This document shows, piece by piece, positions 15,322-23,658 of a DNA stretch of 64,000 bases. The stretch is taken from sequence record NC_025447.1; one strand, given 5' to 3'. Under the pieces are notes generated by a model. The model made no database searches, was not told the DNA's origin, and worked only from the letters and a program-made list of their open reading frames with translations. Positions within the stretch are counted from its first letter, which is position 1; each line of letters begins with the position of its first letter. The translations under genes were made by a program, and so were the position numbers.

Positions 15322-15350
15322 CATTTGTAAGAAAAGACAAGGATTAACTT

Positions 15351-16406
15351 ATGAACGCTGTACAAAACATAATGGCACAAATTATGAATGATCCAGTACC
15401 TGCGATGGGTACATGGTCACATCACAACTGTCCAGCTTGTGTGTTCAGAGGACATTCAAGGCCGGATACAAAGCACCGTGGTAATCATATGTTCAATGCA
15501 GATGGTTCCGTTTCATATAACTGCTTTAACTGTAGTTTAAAAACTGGTTGGCAACCAGGAAAATATATGAGCAAAGATATGGAGTCTTTGCTCATTTCTT
15601 TTGGTGCACAAGATAAAGAAATAGAATTAGTAAAGTTTTATATTAAAGAAATGGTTGACAGCGGTGATTTTGCTGCACAAGAAACTGTTGCATCAAAATT
15701 GTATGACCGAGTAACAGTACGTGATTTGCCATCAAATGCAAAAACATTTTGGGAATGGGCTTCTTTACCTGAAGATAAAATTCCACAAGAATTTATAAGT
15801 GTTTTGCATAATGTCAATGAAAGAAACCCATATCTGTTAGACTTAGAATTATATTGGTCACCTAATAAAGAACATAAAATGTATGACAGATTTATTATTC
15901 CATATTTCATGAATGGTAAAATTATTGGTTATACTGCACGACATAAATTAAAAGATCCTGGAAGTACATACAGGTTTATAAATCAAGTAAGTACTAATAT
16001 ACTATATAACTATGATTTATTAAAAGATGAACGAATAAAAACAATTTTAGTATGTGAGGGTCCGTTAGACGCAGCATTAATGGGTGGTGTATCTGCTAAT
16101 AACTTTAAATTATCAAACGTACAGATTGATGTATTAAAAGATGCACAGCAAAAAGGTAAAAAAATAGTTATTGTTCCAGATAGAGATAAAGATGGATTAA
16201 TAACTATAGACCAAGCACTTGAAAATGGATTCAGTGTTTCCTTCCCAGACTTTGGTGCTGTAAGAGAAGGTAGTACAATACGTCATATCAAGGACTTTGA
16301 AGAAGCTTGTGCACGATTTGGTAGGTTATTTTGTTTACAATTAATACATGATAGTATAGTAGATGAGCCATTTTATATTAAAGCTCAAACGGATAAATGG
16401 ATGTAA
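15351..16406 (+). CDS. DNA primase (T4 gp61 / DnaG-like)
   Basis: Zn finger CPAC...YNCFNC; TOPRIM LVCEGPLDA and VPDRDKDG. Confidence 0.9.
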   Translation: MNAVQNIMAQIMNDPVPAMGTWSHHNCPACVFRGHSRPDTKHRGNHMFNADGSVSYNCFNCSLKTGWQPGKYMSKDMESLLISFGAQDKEIELVKFYIKEMVDSGDFAAQETVASKLYDRVTVRDLPSNAKTFWEWASLPEDKIPQEFISVLHNVNERNPYLLDLELYWSPNKEHKMYDRFIIPYFMNGKIIGYTARHKLKDPGSTYRFINQVSTNILYNYDLLKDERIKTILVCEGPLDAALMGGVSANNFKLSNVQIDVLKDAQQKGKKIVIVPDRDKDGLITIDQALENGFSVSFPDFGAVREGSTIRHIKDFEEACARFGRLFCLQLIHDSIVDEPFYIKAQTDKWM

Positions 16407-16428
16407 TACATATAATGAGGGAACATAG

Positions 16429-17949
16429 ATGATTCAAAGCACAGTGGATGTGAAACAATATGGGATTAATGCACAACAATACTTATTATCTCAGATTTTC
16501 AGTAATCCTGATTTATATGTACGTTGTAAAAATATCCTTAAACCAGAATATTTTGATAAAACATTTCATGAAAGTATTCAATACGTGCATGATTATGCTG
16601 CAAAATATAGTTCATCACCTACTTTAAAAGATATTGAAGTTAAAGGTGGTTATCAATACGATCAATATGAAGTTCAAGAATTACATAAACAATCAGTACT
16701 TGATACATGTGGTGAATTTTGTCGCCATAAAGCATTAGCTTTAGCCGTTGAAAAAGGAATGGAACTTGTCCATCAGAAAAAATATGGTGGAATCGAAGAA
16801 CTAATCCGAGAAGCAATGTTGGTAACGGTACAGAATGAGTTAGGTTTGGATATTTTTGAAAACCCTGAAGATACAATCCGCTCACTCAGTACAATGCAAG
16901 GGTCATTTAAGAGTGGTTGGGAAACTCTTGATTACAAACTTTTCGGTGGATTTGGGCGTAGAGAGTTAGAGATCTTTGCTGCTGCATCAGGTGGTGGTAA
17001 ATCAGTAGTACTGCAAAATTTAGCAGTTAACTTTGCGAAAGCTGGTATGAATGGTGCATACATTTCACTTGAACTAGCTGAAGAGTTGGTTGCTGTTCGT
17101 ATCTATGGTATGATGACTGAATCAAAACTCAGTAACGTAAAAAATGAAGCTGAAAAGATTGGATTTGCTGTTAAAGTTGAAGGTAAAAACAGTGGTATGT
17201 TGCGTATTAAACGCTTACCTGAATCTGTAACAACCACTGACGATATTGAAAGTTATCTACGTGAATTACAAATTAAGATGGAAATCAAACTTGATTATGT
17301 ATGCGTGGACTATTTGGATCTATTAACTTCTAATCGTCTTGGACCAAATGATAAATCCAATACATTTACTAAAGATAAGTTTGTATCAGAAGAATTACGT
17401 GCACTTGCAACCAAAATGGATTTAACTGTTTTCACTGCATCTCAGTTTAACCGTAGTGGTATGGACGAAGATAAGAAAAGTCAAAGTCAGATTGCTGGTG
17501 GTATTTCGAAAATTTATACTGCTGATAACGTAATTTATATTGAGGCACGAAAAGAAACTGGCGAACTATGGTTTGATTTCCAAAAAACACGTAACAGTAG
17601 TGCAGTAGGTTCCCGTTTGCGTATGTCATATGATATTGATTCATTGAGAGTTCTTGACCACGCAACTACAGTACAACAAATGGAAACCGAAGGTAATGGA
17701 TTCCGTCACAGCGGTGTTTCTAAGATTGGTGGAGGGAATATGGCGTTACCACCCAGCACTATGCAAACATTACGTCATACGCTTTCTGGTGCAGCTAAAT
17801 CACCATCTGTGCAACCTGACAATACAGTAACACTAAATACTGATAGTGCTCCTAACTCTACGACACAAAACGAAATACAGAATCCACAGACACATGCTGG
17901 TACTGATCGTGTTCATGCAATGAAGCAATGGTTAAATCAAAGGAAATGA
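16429..17949 (+). CDS. replicative DNA helicase (T4 gp41 / DnaB-like)
   Basis: AASGGGKS, YISLEL, VDYLDL, TASQFNR, FQKTRN. Confidence 0.93.
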   Translation: MIQSTVDVKQYGINAQQYLLSQIFSNPDLYVRCKNILKPEYFDKTFHESIQYVHDYAAKYSSSPTLKDIEVKGGYQYDQYEVQELHKQSVLDTCGEFCRHKALALAVEKGMELVHQKKYGGIEELIREAMLVTVQNELGLDIFENPEDTIRSLSTMQGSFKSGWETLDYKLFGGFGRRELEIFAAASGGGKSVVLQNLAVNFAKAGMNGAYISLELAEELVAVRIYGMMTESKLSNVKNEAEKIGFAVKVEGKNSGMLRIKRLPESVTTTDDIESYLRELQIKMEIKLDYVCVDYLDLLTSNRLGPNDKSNTFTKDKFVSEELRALATKMDLTVFTASQFNRSGMDEDKKSQSQIAGGISKIYTADNVIYIEARKETGELWFDFQKTRNSSAVGSRLRMSYDIDSLRVLDHATTVQQMETEGNGFRHSGVSKIGGGNMALPPSTMQTLRHTLSGAAKSPSVQPDNTVTLNTDSAPNSTTQNEIQNPQTHAGTDRVHAMKQWLNQRK

Positions 17950-17952
17950 TAA

Positions 17953-18225
17953 ATGTCTAGTAAATCCAATAAAAAGAATCTACTTGATAGTATAGTTGAC
18001 TATACGCCAGAGAAAGATACATTACAGAGTTTTAGTAATCGTGCCGACCACGCAATAAACTCTGTGATTCATTTATTGGAGAGCATTGAAGATGAGTTTA
18101 ACCAAACTGATGCTGAAGATTTAAAAAAACGCTTATTTCTAAGTATAAAAAACCGAGATTATAAAAAGTTTCAAAAAGGGTTAGAGAATATAGCACTTGA
18201 TGAAAAACGTAATAAAGGAAATTAA
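17953..18225 (+). CDS. hypothetical protein
   Basis: 90 aa ORF in the operon. Confidence 0.7.
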   Translation: MSSKSNKKNLLDSIVDYTPEKDTLQSFSNRADHAINSVIHLLESIEDEFNQTDAEDLKKRLFLSIKNRDYKKFQKGLENIALDEKRNKGN

Positions 18226-18226
18226 T

Positions 18227-18391
18227 ATGAAGAAAAAGAATATCAAAGAAAATGCATCTTCTGGAGCTACTTCAGCAGGTGCTATTGCATCAGTCAGTAC
18301 TGGTTTACATTATCCATTACATCGTAGATTGCCTCCTACTAACTTCTTTGGATACAAAGTCGTAGAGAAAAAAGATAAGGACAAAGAATGA
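18227..18391 (+). CDS. small putative head-associated protein
   Basis: ATG 18227 after AAGGA; IKENASSGATSAG motif. Confidence 0.55.
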   Translation: MKKKNIKENASSGATSAGAIASVSTGLHYPLHRRLPPTNFFGYKVVEKKDKDKE

Positions 18392-18780
18392 AACCATATA
18401 CATTCTACACAATTCACACTGTAGTAGATATTGGTGATGGTAAAACCCCAACAATCATAGATTCTAAGTTCACTGGTGCTATGAACTTATCTAGGTTGTT
18501 GGAAGCTATTATGGTATATGACTATCCAATGATGGTAAGCGTTGTTAAAAATGAAGTCGATTTATATAAAGATAATAATTCATCTTTTTATAACATGCCA
18601 ATTTCTTGGGGAAAATGTACCATAAGCACATTCAAATTCGCATTACCAATGGATGTCGAACTTCGTTTGAATGGTATACCATTGGTTCTACCAACCGAAT
18701 TAAATGGAAAACGAATAACAAAATTTATCACATCTGGTGATGATATTAACATTAGCATCAGCAAACAGACCTTTTCTTAA
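18388..18780 (+). CDS. hypothetical protein
   Basis: ATGA overlap, 130 aa. Confidence 0.7.
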   Translation: MKPYTFYTIHTVVDIGDGKTPTIIDSKFTGAMNLSRLLEAIMVYDYPMMVSVVKNEVDLYKDNNSSFYNMPISWGKCTISTFKFALPMDVELRLNGIPLVLPTELNGKRITKFITSGDDINISISKQTFS

Positions 18781-18836
18781 TTGTGATAAATATCATAAAG
18801 CAAGACAGAGGTCTTTTTATTTTATATGGAGAAATT

Positions 18837-19781
18837 ATGGATATAAACCAAACAGCAACTGAACTTCAAAAGTTCGCAGATGCACATAATTTGAATGTTG
18901 ATGTTTCTGTTATTCTTGATAATATGGATGCAGGTGATTTTATCACTTTAAATTCTGCGATTGATAATTCTGACAATCGTGAAATATTCCAAATTTTACA
19001 AAAATACAAAGCACAGATGAGTGAATGTTATAATTATTTTAGTACTAAAAATGTTAACAAACATATTAATGAAAGTACTGAACTTCATAGTATTGTTGAT
19101 TCAATGTCACTAAAGCAATTAGCAGAAGAGTATCATAAAAATTATACATATTCAGATATAACAAAACTAACCACACAAGAATTAAAAGCAATTGTATTTG
19201 AAGATTTACAAAATCAAGCCACACAAATGCAAGCAAAACAAATTGCTAAAATGAATGTTTCTCAGGGTCAACAACAAGTCAATCCACAAACTCAAGCTAA
19301 AATGAAACAAGCTGAGTTGCAAAGAAATGCTAATAATATGAAAGTTAGTGTTCCTGGTACACAAAGCGGGACAGATTCGGTTGAACCTGTAGTTGGTGTT
19401 GACCCAGGACAAACACCGGAGCAATCATTAGTTATTACTAAAAGTGGGACCAAGCCAAATGAGTTGAACGTTTTTCCTTTGAGTGATGTTAATCCTATTG
19501 ATAATCAAAATAATCCAATTCGTGAAGAAAAATCTCCACAAGAAATTAACAGTGAACTTATGGCTAATTCCAGTTTAGAACCTGATAGTAATCCTGATAC
19601 ACCATCACCATTGTCACATCATGCACCTGGTATGGGCGAAATGATACATGCAATTTCTGATATTGAAAAAGAAGATGATATCTATGGTGATGAAAGTGTT
19701 ATGGCAAACACATCACAATCTGATAATGATGACATGGTAGACCAAATTATCGATTTCTGTCATCGTATGCGAGGTCGTTAA
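18837..19781 (+). CDS. putative head or internal protein (Gln/Asn rich)
   Basis: ATG 18837 after GGAG; HINES and IREE motifs. Confidence 0.55.
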   Translation: MDINQTATELQKFADAHNLNVDVSVILDNMDAGDFITLNSAIDNSDNREIFQILQKYKAQMSECYNYFSTKNVNKHINESTELHSIVDSMSLKQLAEEYHKNYTYSDITKLTTQELKAIVFEDLQNQATQMQAKQIAKMNVSQGQQQVNPQTQAKMKQAELQRNANNMKVSVPGTQSGTDSVEPVVGVDPGQTPEQSLVITKSGTKPNELNVFPLSDVNPIDNQNNPIREEKSPQEINSELMANSSLEPDSNPDTPSPLSHHAPGMGEMIHAISDIEKEDDIYGDESVMANTSQSDNDDMVDQIIDFCHRMRGR

Positions 19782-19999
19782 TGAGAACAGTACTAAATGT
19801 GCATGGTCACAATACAATGGTTTCTAATGAAGAATATAAACTATTACAAAAGATAAAAGCACGCGGTACTGTTCCAGTTGAAAAGGTAAATGAATATTAT
19901 CAGGAATTAGCTGATAAGATGGTATCACGTGGTGTTCTAAATAAAATAGAAAATGATGACGGTACTGAATCTTACCAAACAGTTAGGAGTAGTAAATGA
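19781..19999 (+). CDS. hypothetical protein
   Basis: TAATG coupling, 72 aa. Confidence 0.7.
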   Translation: MRTVLNVHGHNTMVSNEEYKLLQKIKARGTVPVEKVNEYYQELADKMVSRGVLNKIENDDGTESYQTVRSSK

Positions 20000-20667
20000 A
20001 TTACGAATATGATCAACAATCAGTTAATCAGATGGCTGATTTGTTAAGTGGATTGAATGACATTGAAGCTGGTGAAACACATAACGCATCGGGGGTTCCA
20101 TATAAAACTGGTGGTGATATCGGTGCTATGGCTTCTATTTTAACTTCATTAAATGAAGCAGGTATGGATTATGGTGAACCACAACATCCACATATGGTTC
20201 AATATAATTCTCCGTATAATGAACATTTATCAGGGAATTCACCAGTACCTTCGCCACGACCATCACAAGCACCTATCAAACCAAAAACTAATTGGAGTTT
20301 AGTGGAAGAAAAAGTACAAGGTACTAAATCTACTAAAGTTTATAGCATTAAGTGTAATCATAGTTCACAAATTATCATGAATAATATTATGATGTATGAA
20401 GCAGCACTTACATTAGTTAATCTTCTCAATGAAGGAAGAATGTTGACAGATGCAAAAGTACTTGGTATAATCAGTTCGGGTCTTCAATATACGAATGTGA
20501 TTAGTGAAGCATTGAAAGCAGCCCAGAAACGTCAACGCGTACTTAATGAATCTAAGTATGATGAAGCAAAAGATTTAGATATAATTATTGCAGAAAAGAA
20601 AGCTGAAGCGTATAAATTAAAAGAGCGTGTATTAAACTTTCTAAAAGGCGAAGGTTATATAAAGTAA
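19996..20667 (+). CDS. putative head-associated protein
   Basis: SD AGGAG; SLNEA and VLNES motifs. Confidence 0.55.
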   Translation: MNYEYDQQSVNQMADLLSGLNDIEAGETHNASGVPYKTGGDIGAMASILTSLNEAGMDYGEPQHPHMVQYNSPYNEHLSGNSPVPSPRPSQAPIKPKTNWSLVEEKVQGTKSTKVYSIKCNHSSQIIMNNIMMYEAALTLVNLLNEGRMLTDAKVLGIISSGLQYTNVISEALKAAQKRQRVLNESKYDEAKDLDIIIAEKKAEAYKLKERVLNFLKGEGYIK

Positions 20668-20700
20668 ATAAAATGAGTGATATTTTATAAGGAAATACAA

Positions 20701-21333
20701 ATGTCAAAATATAAAAAACTAATGGAAGCAGCTTCTCGTGCAGAAGCTATGAAGTTTATTCAATTAAATGAATCTAATATTGAAAAAGCAGAAATTGTTC
20801 TTTCAGTAAAAGGTGAGATTGTTGATAAACTCCAACGTCAATCTGAGGTTATTAACAACATGGGTGTTGACGTACTAGGCCCACTACTTGACCGTATTAA
20901 AGCCGAGCAAGGTCTAGATGCTGCACAAAATTTTAGTGATAATGTTCGCCATCTACTACAACATGCAGTTACTACCTTAATGGATGTAAAAGACAAAATC
21001 AGTACTGAAACACTTAAACTAACTGGTGATATCACTGACGGTCCAGATGTTTCTGATATTGGAAGTGAAGATGTTGATATTGATATTGCAGCAGATACCC
21101 CAACTTTTGATATGGATGCAGACGCAGACTTTGAAGAAGACATTATCTCTGAACCAGTACCAACTGAACGTGAAATGAAAGAATCTGTTAAACCAAGTAA
21201 AGTTGGTGTAAAAATGGAAAGTATTCGCGGAACTGTGGGTACTAAATACTTTAGTTCAAAAGAAGAAATGAAAACATGGCTTTCTGAGAATGAAAAGAAA
21301 GTTAAACGTGTTCTAGGATACGTTAAAAAATAA
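20701..21333 (+). CDS. putative prohead core / scaffold-like protein
   Basis: TAAATA at 20665; ATG 20701 after AAGGA; helical with an acidic linker; QLNES, MKES, KMES motifs. Confidence 0.5.
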   Translation: MSKYKKLMEAASRAEAMKFIQLNESNIEKAEIVLSVKGEIVDKLQRQSEVINNMGVDVLGPLLDRIKAEQGLDAAQNFSDNVRHLLQHAVTTLMDVKDKISTETLKLTGDITDGPDVSDIGSEDVDIDIAADTPTFDMDADADFEEDIISEPVPTEREMKESVKPSKVGVKMESIRGTVGTKYFSSKEEMKTWLSENEKKVKRVLGYVKK

Positions 21334-21349
21334 TTAAGGACAATTCTAC

Positions 21350-21685
21350 ATGAGATTTCGTGATCTTACTGAAGAGGCTCCTGGTAAAGATATACGCAAT
21401 ATGATTACTACTATTGCGTTGTCTTTAGTGTCCACGGGTCGAGAAGAAGTAAATGTTCAATCTTTGATTTCTGAAATTAAAAAGAGAACCAACATCGATG
21501 TTCCATACAATGTAATGATGGACATTTTGAATTCCCTTCCTTTTGTACAGGATGCTAATTCTGATGTTGTAACTTTTGCAGGAAATTCAGCAGAAGGTTC
21601 AGAAGAAGTCGAGCAAGATTCTGAAGAGCAAGTTGAAGATTGGGCCACAAAAGCTGCTGTGACAGCTAATAAACAAAAAAACTGA
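21350..21685 (+). CDS. hypothetical late protein
   Basis: MRFRDLTEE N-terminus; SD AAGGA. Confidence 0.65.
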   Translation: MRFRDLTEEAPGKDIRNMITTIALSLVSTGREEVNVQSLISEIKKRTNIDVPYNVMMDILNSLPFVQDANSDVVTFAGNSAEGSEEVEQDSEEQVEDWATKAAVTANKQKN

Positions 21686-21711
21686 GACAAATTAAAATAT
21701 AATGCTATAAT
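21684..21711 (+). promoter_or_regulatory. middle-type promoter GAGACA-N16-TATAAT
   Basis: GAGACA 21684-21689, TGC, TATAAT 21706-21711. Confidence 0.65.
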
Positions 21712-21724
21712 TAGGAGTACACGG

Positions 21725-22444
21725 ATGTACACACCACCAATTGTTAGCAGATATACATATGTTGGTTACAATAGAATTGAAGGCGGCCCAGAAGGTCGCC
21801 TTTATTCAACTCCAACTGGTAATCTGCCGTCAGTAACAACAATTCTAAGTGCGACCTCGAATGACGAAGGTTTAAAGAAATGGAGAGAATTTGTTGGTGA
21901 AGAAAAGGCTAATGAGATTACATTAGAAGCATGTACAGTTGGTACTTTTATGCATGAGAACTTGGAATTTAGATTGGAAGGAAAGCCAGACCATGAAGGT
22001 GGTATGCCAATTCGAGTTCTTGCACGTAGAATGGCTGACAAAATTCAGCAAGAAGCATGGCCTAGAATTAATGAAGTATGGGGACAGGAAGTCCCATTGT
22101 ACTATGAAGGTTTATGGGCCGGAACAACTGATTTAGTAGGTGTTCATGATGGAATCCCAACCATTATGGATTATAAAAATTCCCGTAAAGTTAAGAAGTG
22201 GGGACAAATAGAAAATTATCGTATGCAAATTGCAGCATATGCATTAGCCCATAATCAAATGTTTGGAACTAATATAGAACGTGGTGTGATTTTCATCTGT
22301 GTAAGAAAAGATCCTAACAATCTACAATATCAAGAGTTTGTCATAGAAGGACAAGACTTCAAAGATGCAGTCAATATGTGGATTGAACGTGTAGAACAAT
22401 ACTATATTTTACGTGGAGAAATTGAATCAAATGGAGCAGCATAA
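21725..22444 (+). CDS. PD-(D/E)XK exonuclease (Cas4/RecB-like phage family)
   Basis: LPSVTTIL, GTFMH, AGTTDLV, IMDYKNS, QIAAYALA. Confidence 0.88.
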   Translation: MYTPPIVSRYTYVGYNRIEGGPEGRLYSTPTGNLPSVTTILSATSNDEGLKKWREFVGEEKANEITLEACTVGTFMHENLEFRLEGKPDHEGGMPIRVLARRMADKIQQEAWPRINEVWGQEVPLYYEGLWAGTTDLVGVHDGIPTIMDYKNSRKVKKWGQIENYRMQIAAYALAHNQMFGTNIERGVIFICVRKDPNNLQYQEFVIEGQDFKDAVNMWIERVEQYYILRGEIESNGAA

Positions 22445-22985
22445 AAAAATGAAACAAGATCTATATACAATTCGTGCACTAGTAAGTAAAGGTTATGATT
22501 TAGAAGAAGTAATTAAACTTAGTGAAGAAGAGATTGATAAACTGGATTTATCAAATAAGCTAATTCTAAATATCAAAGATTATAAACAACGTGGTGCTAA
22601 ACCTGTTGAAGAAATTAAAGAACAAATTGCACAAGATATTAGTGTTGATGAAGTATCACGCAATGTACCACCAGAAGTTATTCAAGAGTATGTTGTTGAT
22701 AGTGAAGAACAAGTTAAAGTTTCTGAAGAAGTAGAAATTATTGCAGAAGAACTTGCTCCTGAATTGGAAGAAGATGAAGTTGTTATTGAGCGTGTTGTTT
22801 CATCTAAAGAAGATTTGGACATTATCAAAGAAGCATTGCAAACTAAAGAATTAAAAAGTGTTTCCAATTATGTTAAACATTTAAAATCTTTAGTACCAGA
22901 ACAAATTCTATCTTCTGTAGATAGCTCAGTTGTATCTCAACTAATTAATGAGCGTATTGCGGAAGTTAAAGAAAAAGCTAAATAA
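22413..22985 (+). CDS. acidic hypothetical protein
   Basis: Glu-rich ORF; true start probably 22431 or 22449. Confidence 0.7.
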   Translation: MEKLNQMEQHKKMKQDLYTIRALVSKGYDLEEVIKLSEEEIDKLDLSNKLILNIKDYKQRGAKPVEEIKEQIAQDISVDEVSRNVPPEVIQEYVVDSEEQVKVSEEVEIIAEELAPELEEDEVVIERVVSSKEDLDIIKEALQTKELKSVSNYVKHLKSLVPEQILSSVDSSVVSQLINERIAEVKEKAK

Positions 22986-23013
22986 TCCTATAATACTATA
23001 GGAGATAGTTTTT

Positions 23014-23595
23014 ATGGCACAACAACAAATTGCTTTACAACAAGTAAGAACTGGTAAACAGAGAGACTTACCTGATGCATTAGAAAAAGGTCAGATAGGA
23101 TTCAGTACTGATGTGGGTCGTGTTTTTATTGGCCTTCCATCATCATCTGACCCAGCCAGCTTAGTCGCTGGAAGAACTTGGACTACTGATCCAAATTCAG
23201 GTAAAGAAAACGTAGAAATAATTACAGAATTTTCACCGTGGAGAACGGTATCAAAAATAATTAATAGACCGTTTAAAGTTGATCTTCCACAAAATCAAGA
23301 AAGTATAGAAGTTATTCTTGAAAGTGAAAGTAGAGTATTCATCGATTATATTGCATATGATGATACAGAAACGGTTTTAGAATCAGGAACTATTCAACTA
23401 GTAGCCGCTGGTTCAAACACAATGATTGCACAGTCTAATAACACAAATCGTACTGATGCAATTATATCTATCTCATTTGAAGATCCTGCATATGATTCAA
23501 TAACTGGAAATATGCAATTTAACATAGTTAACTCGGATTATTTAAATTCAGGATATCATATAGAATTTGTATATCGTGGGTGGGACAAACCTTAA
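23014..23595 (+). CDS. putative virion structural protein with Mtd_N-like N-terminal motif
   Basis: QVRTG...LEKGQIGFSTDVGRVFIG; TAAATA at 22979. Confidence 0.55.
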   Translation: MAQQQIALQQVRTGKQRDLPDALEKGQIGFSTDVGRVFIGLPSSSDPASLVAGRTWTTDPNSGKENVEIITEFSPWRTVSKIINRPFKVDLPQNQESIEVILESESRVFIDYIAYDDTETVLESGTIQLVAAGSNTMIAQSNNTNRTDAIISISFEDPAYDSITGNMQFNIVNSDYLNSGYHIEFVYRGWDKP

Positions 23596-23614
23596 AAGGC
23601 GTCCCGCCTTTTTC
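23594..23614 (+). terminator. rho-independent terminator
   Basis: AAAAGGCG-loop-CGCCTTTT. Confidence 0.55.
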
Positions 23615-23658
23615 TTCCACTAAAAAAAGAAATTTATATCAATAAACAAGGATGACAC

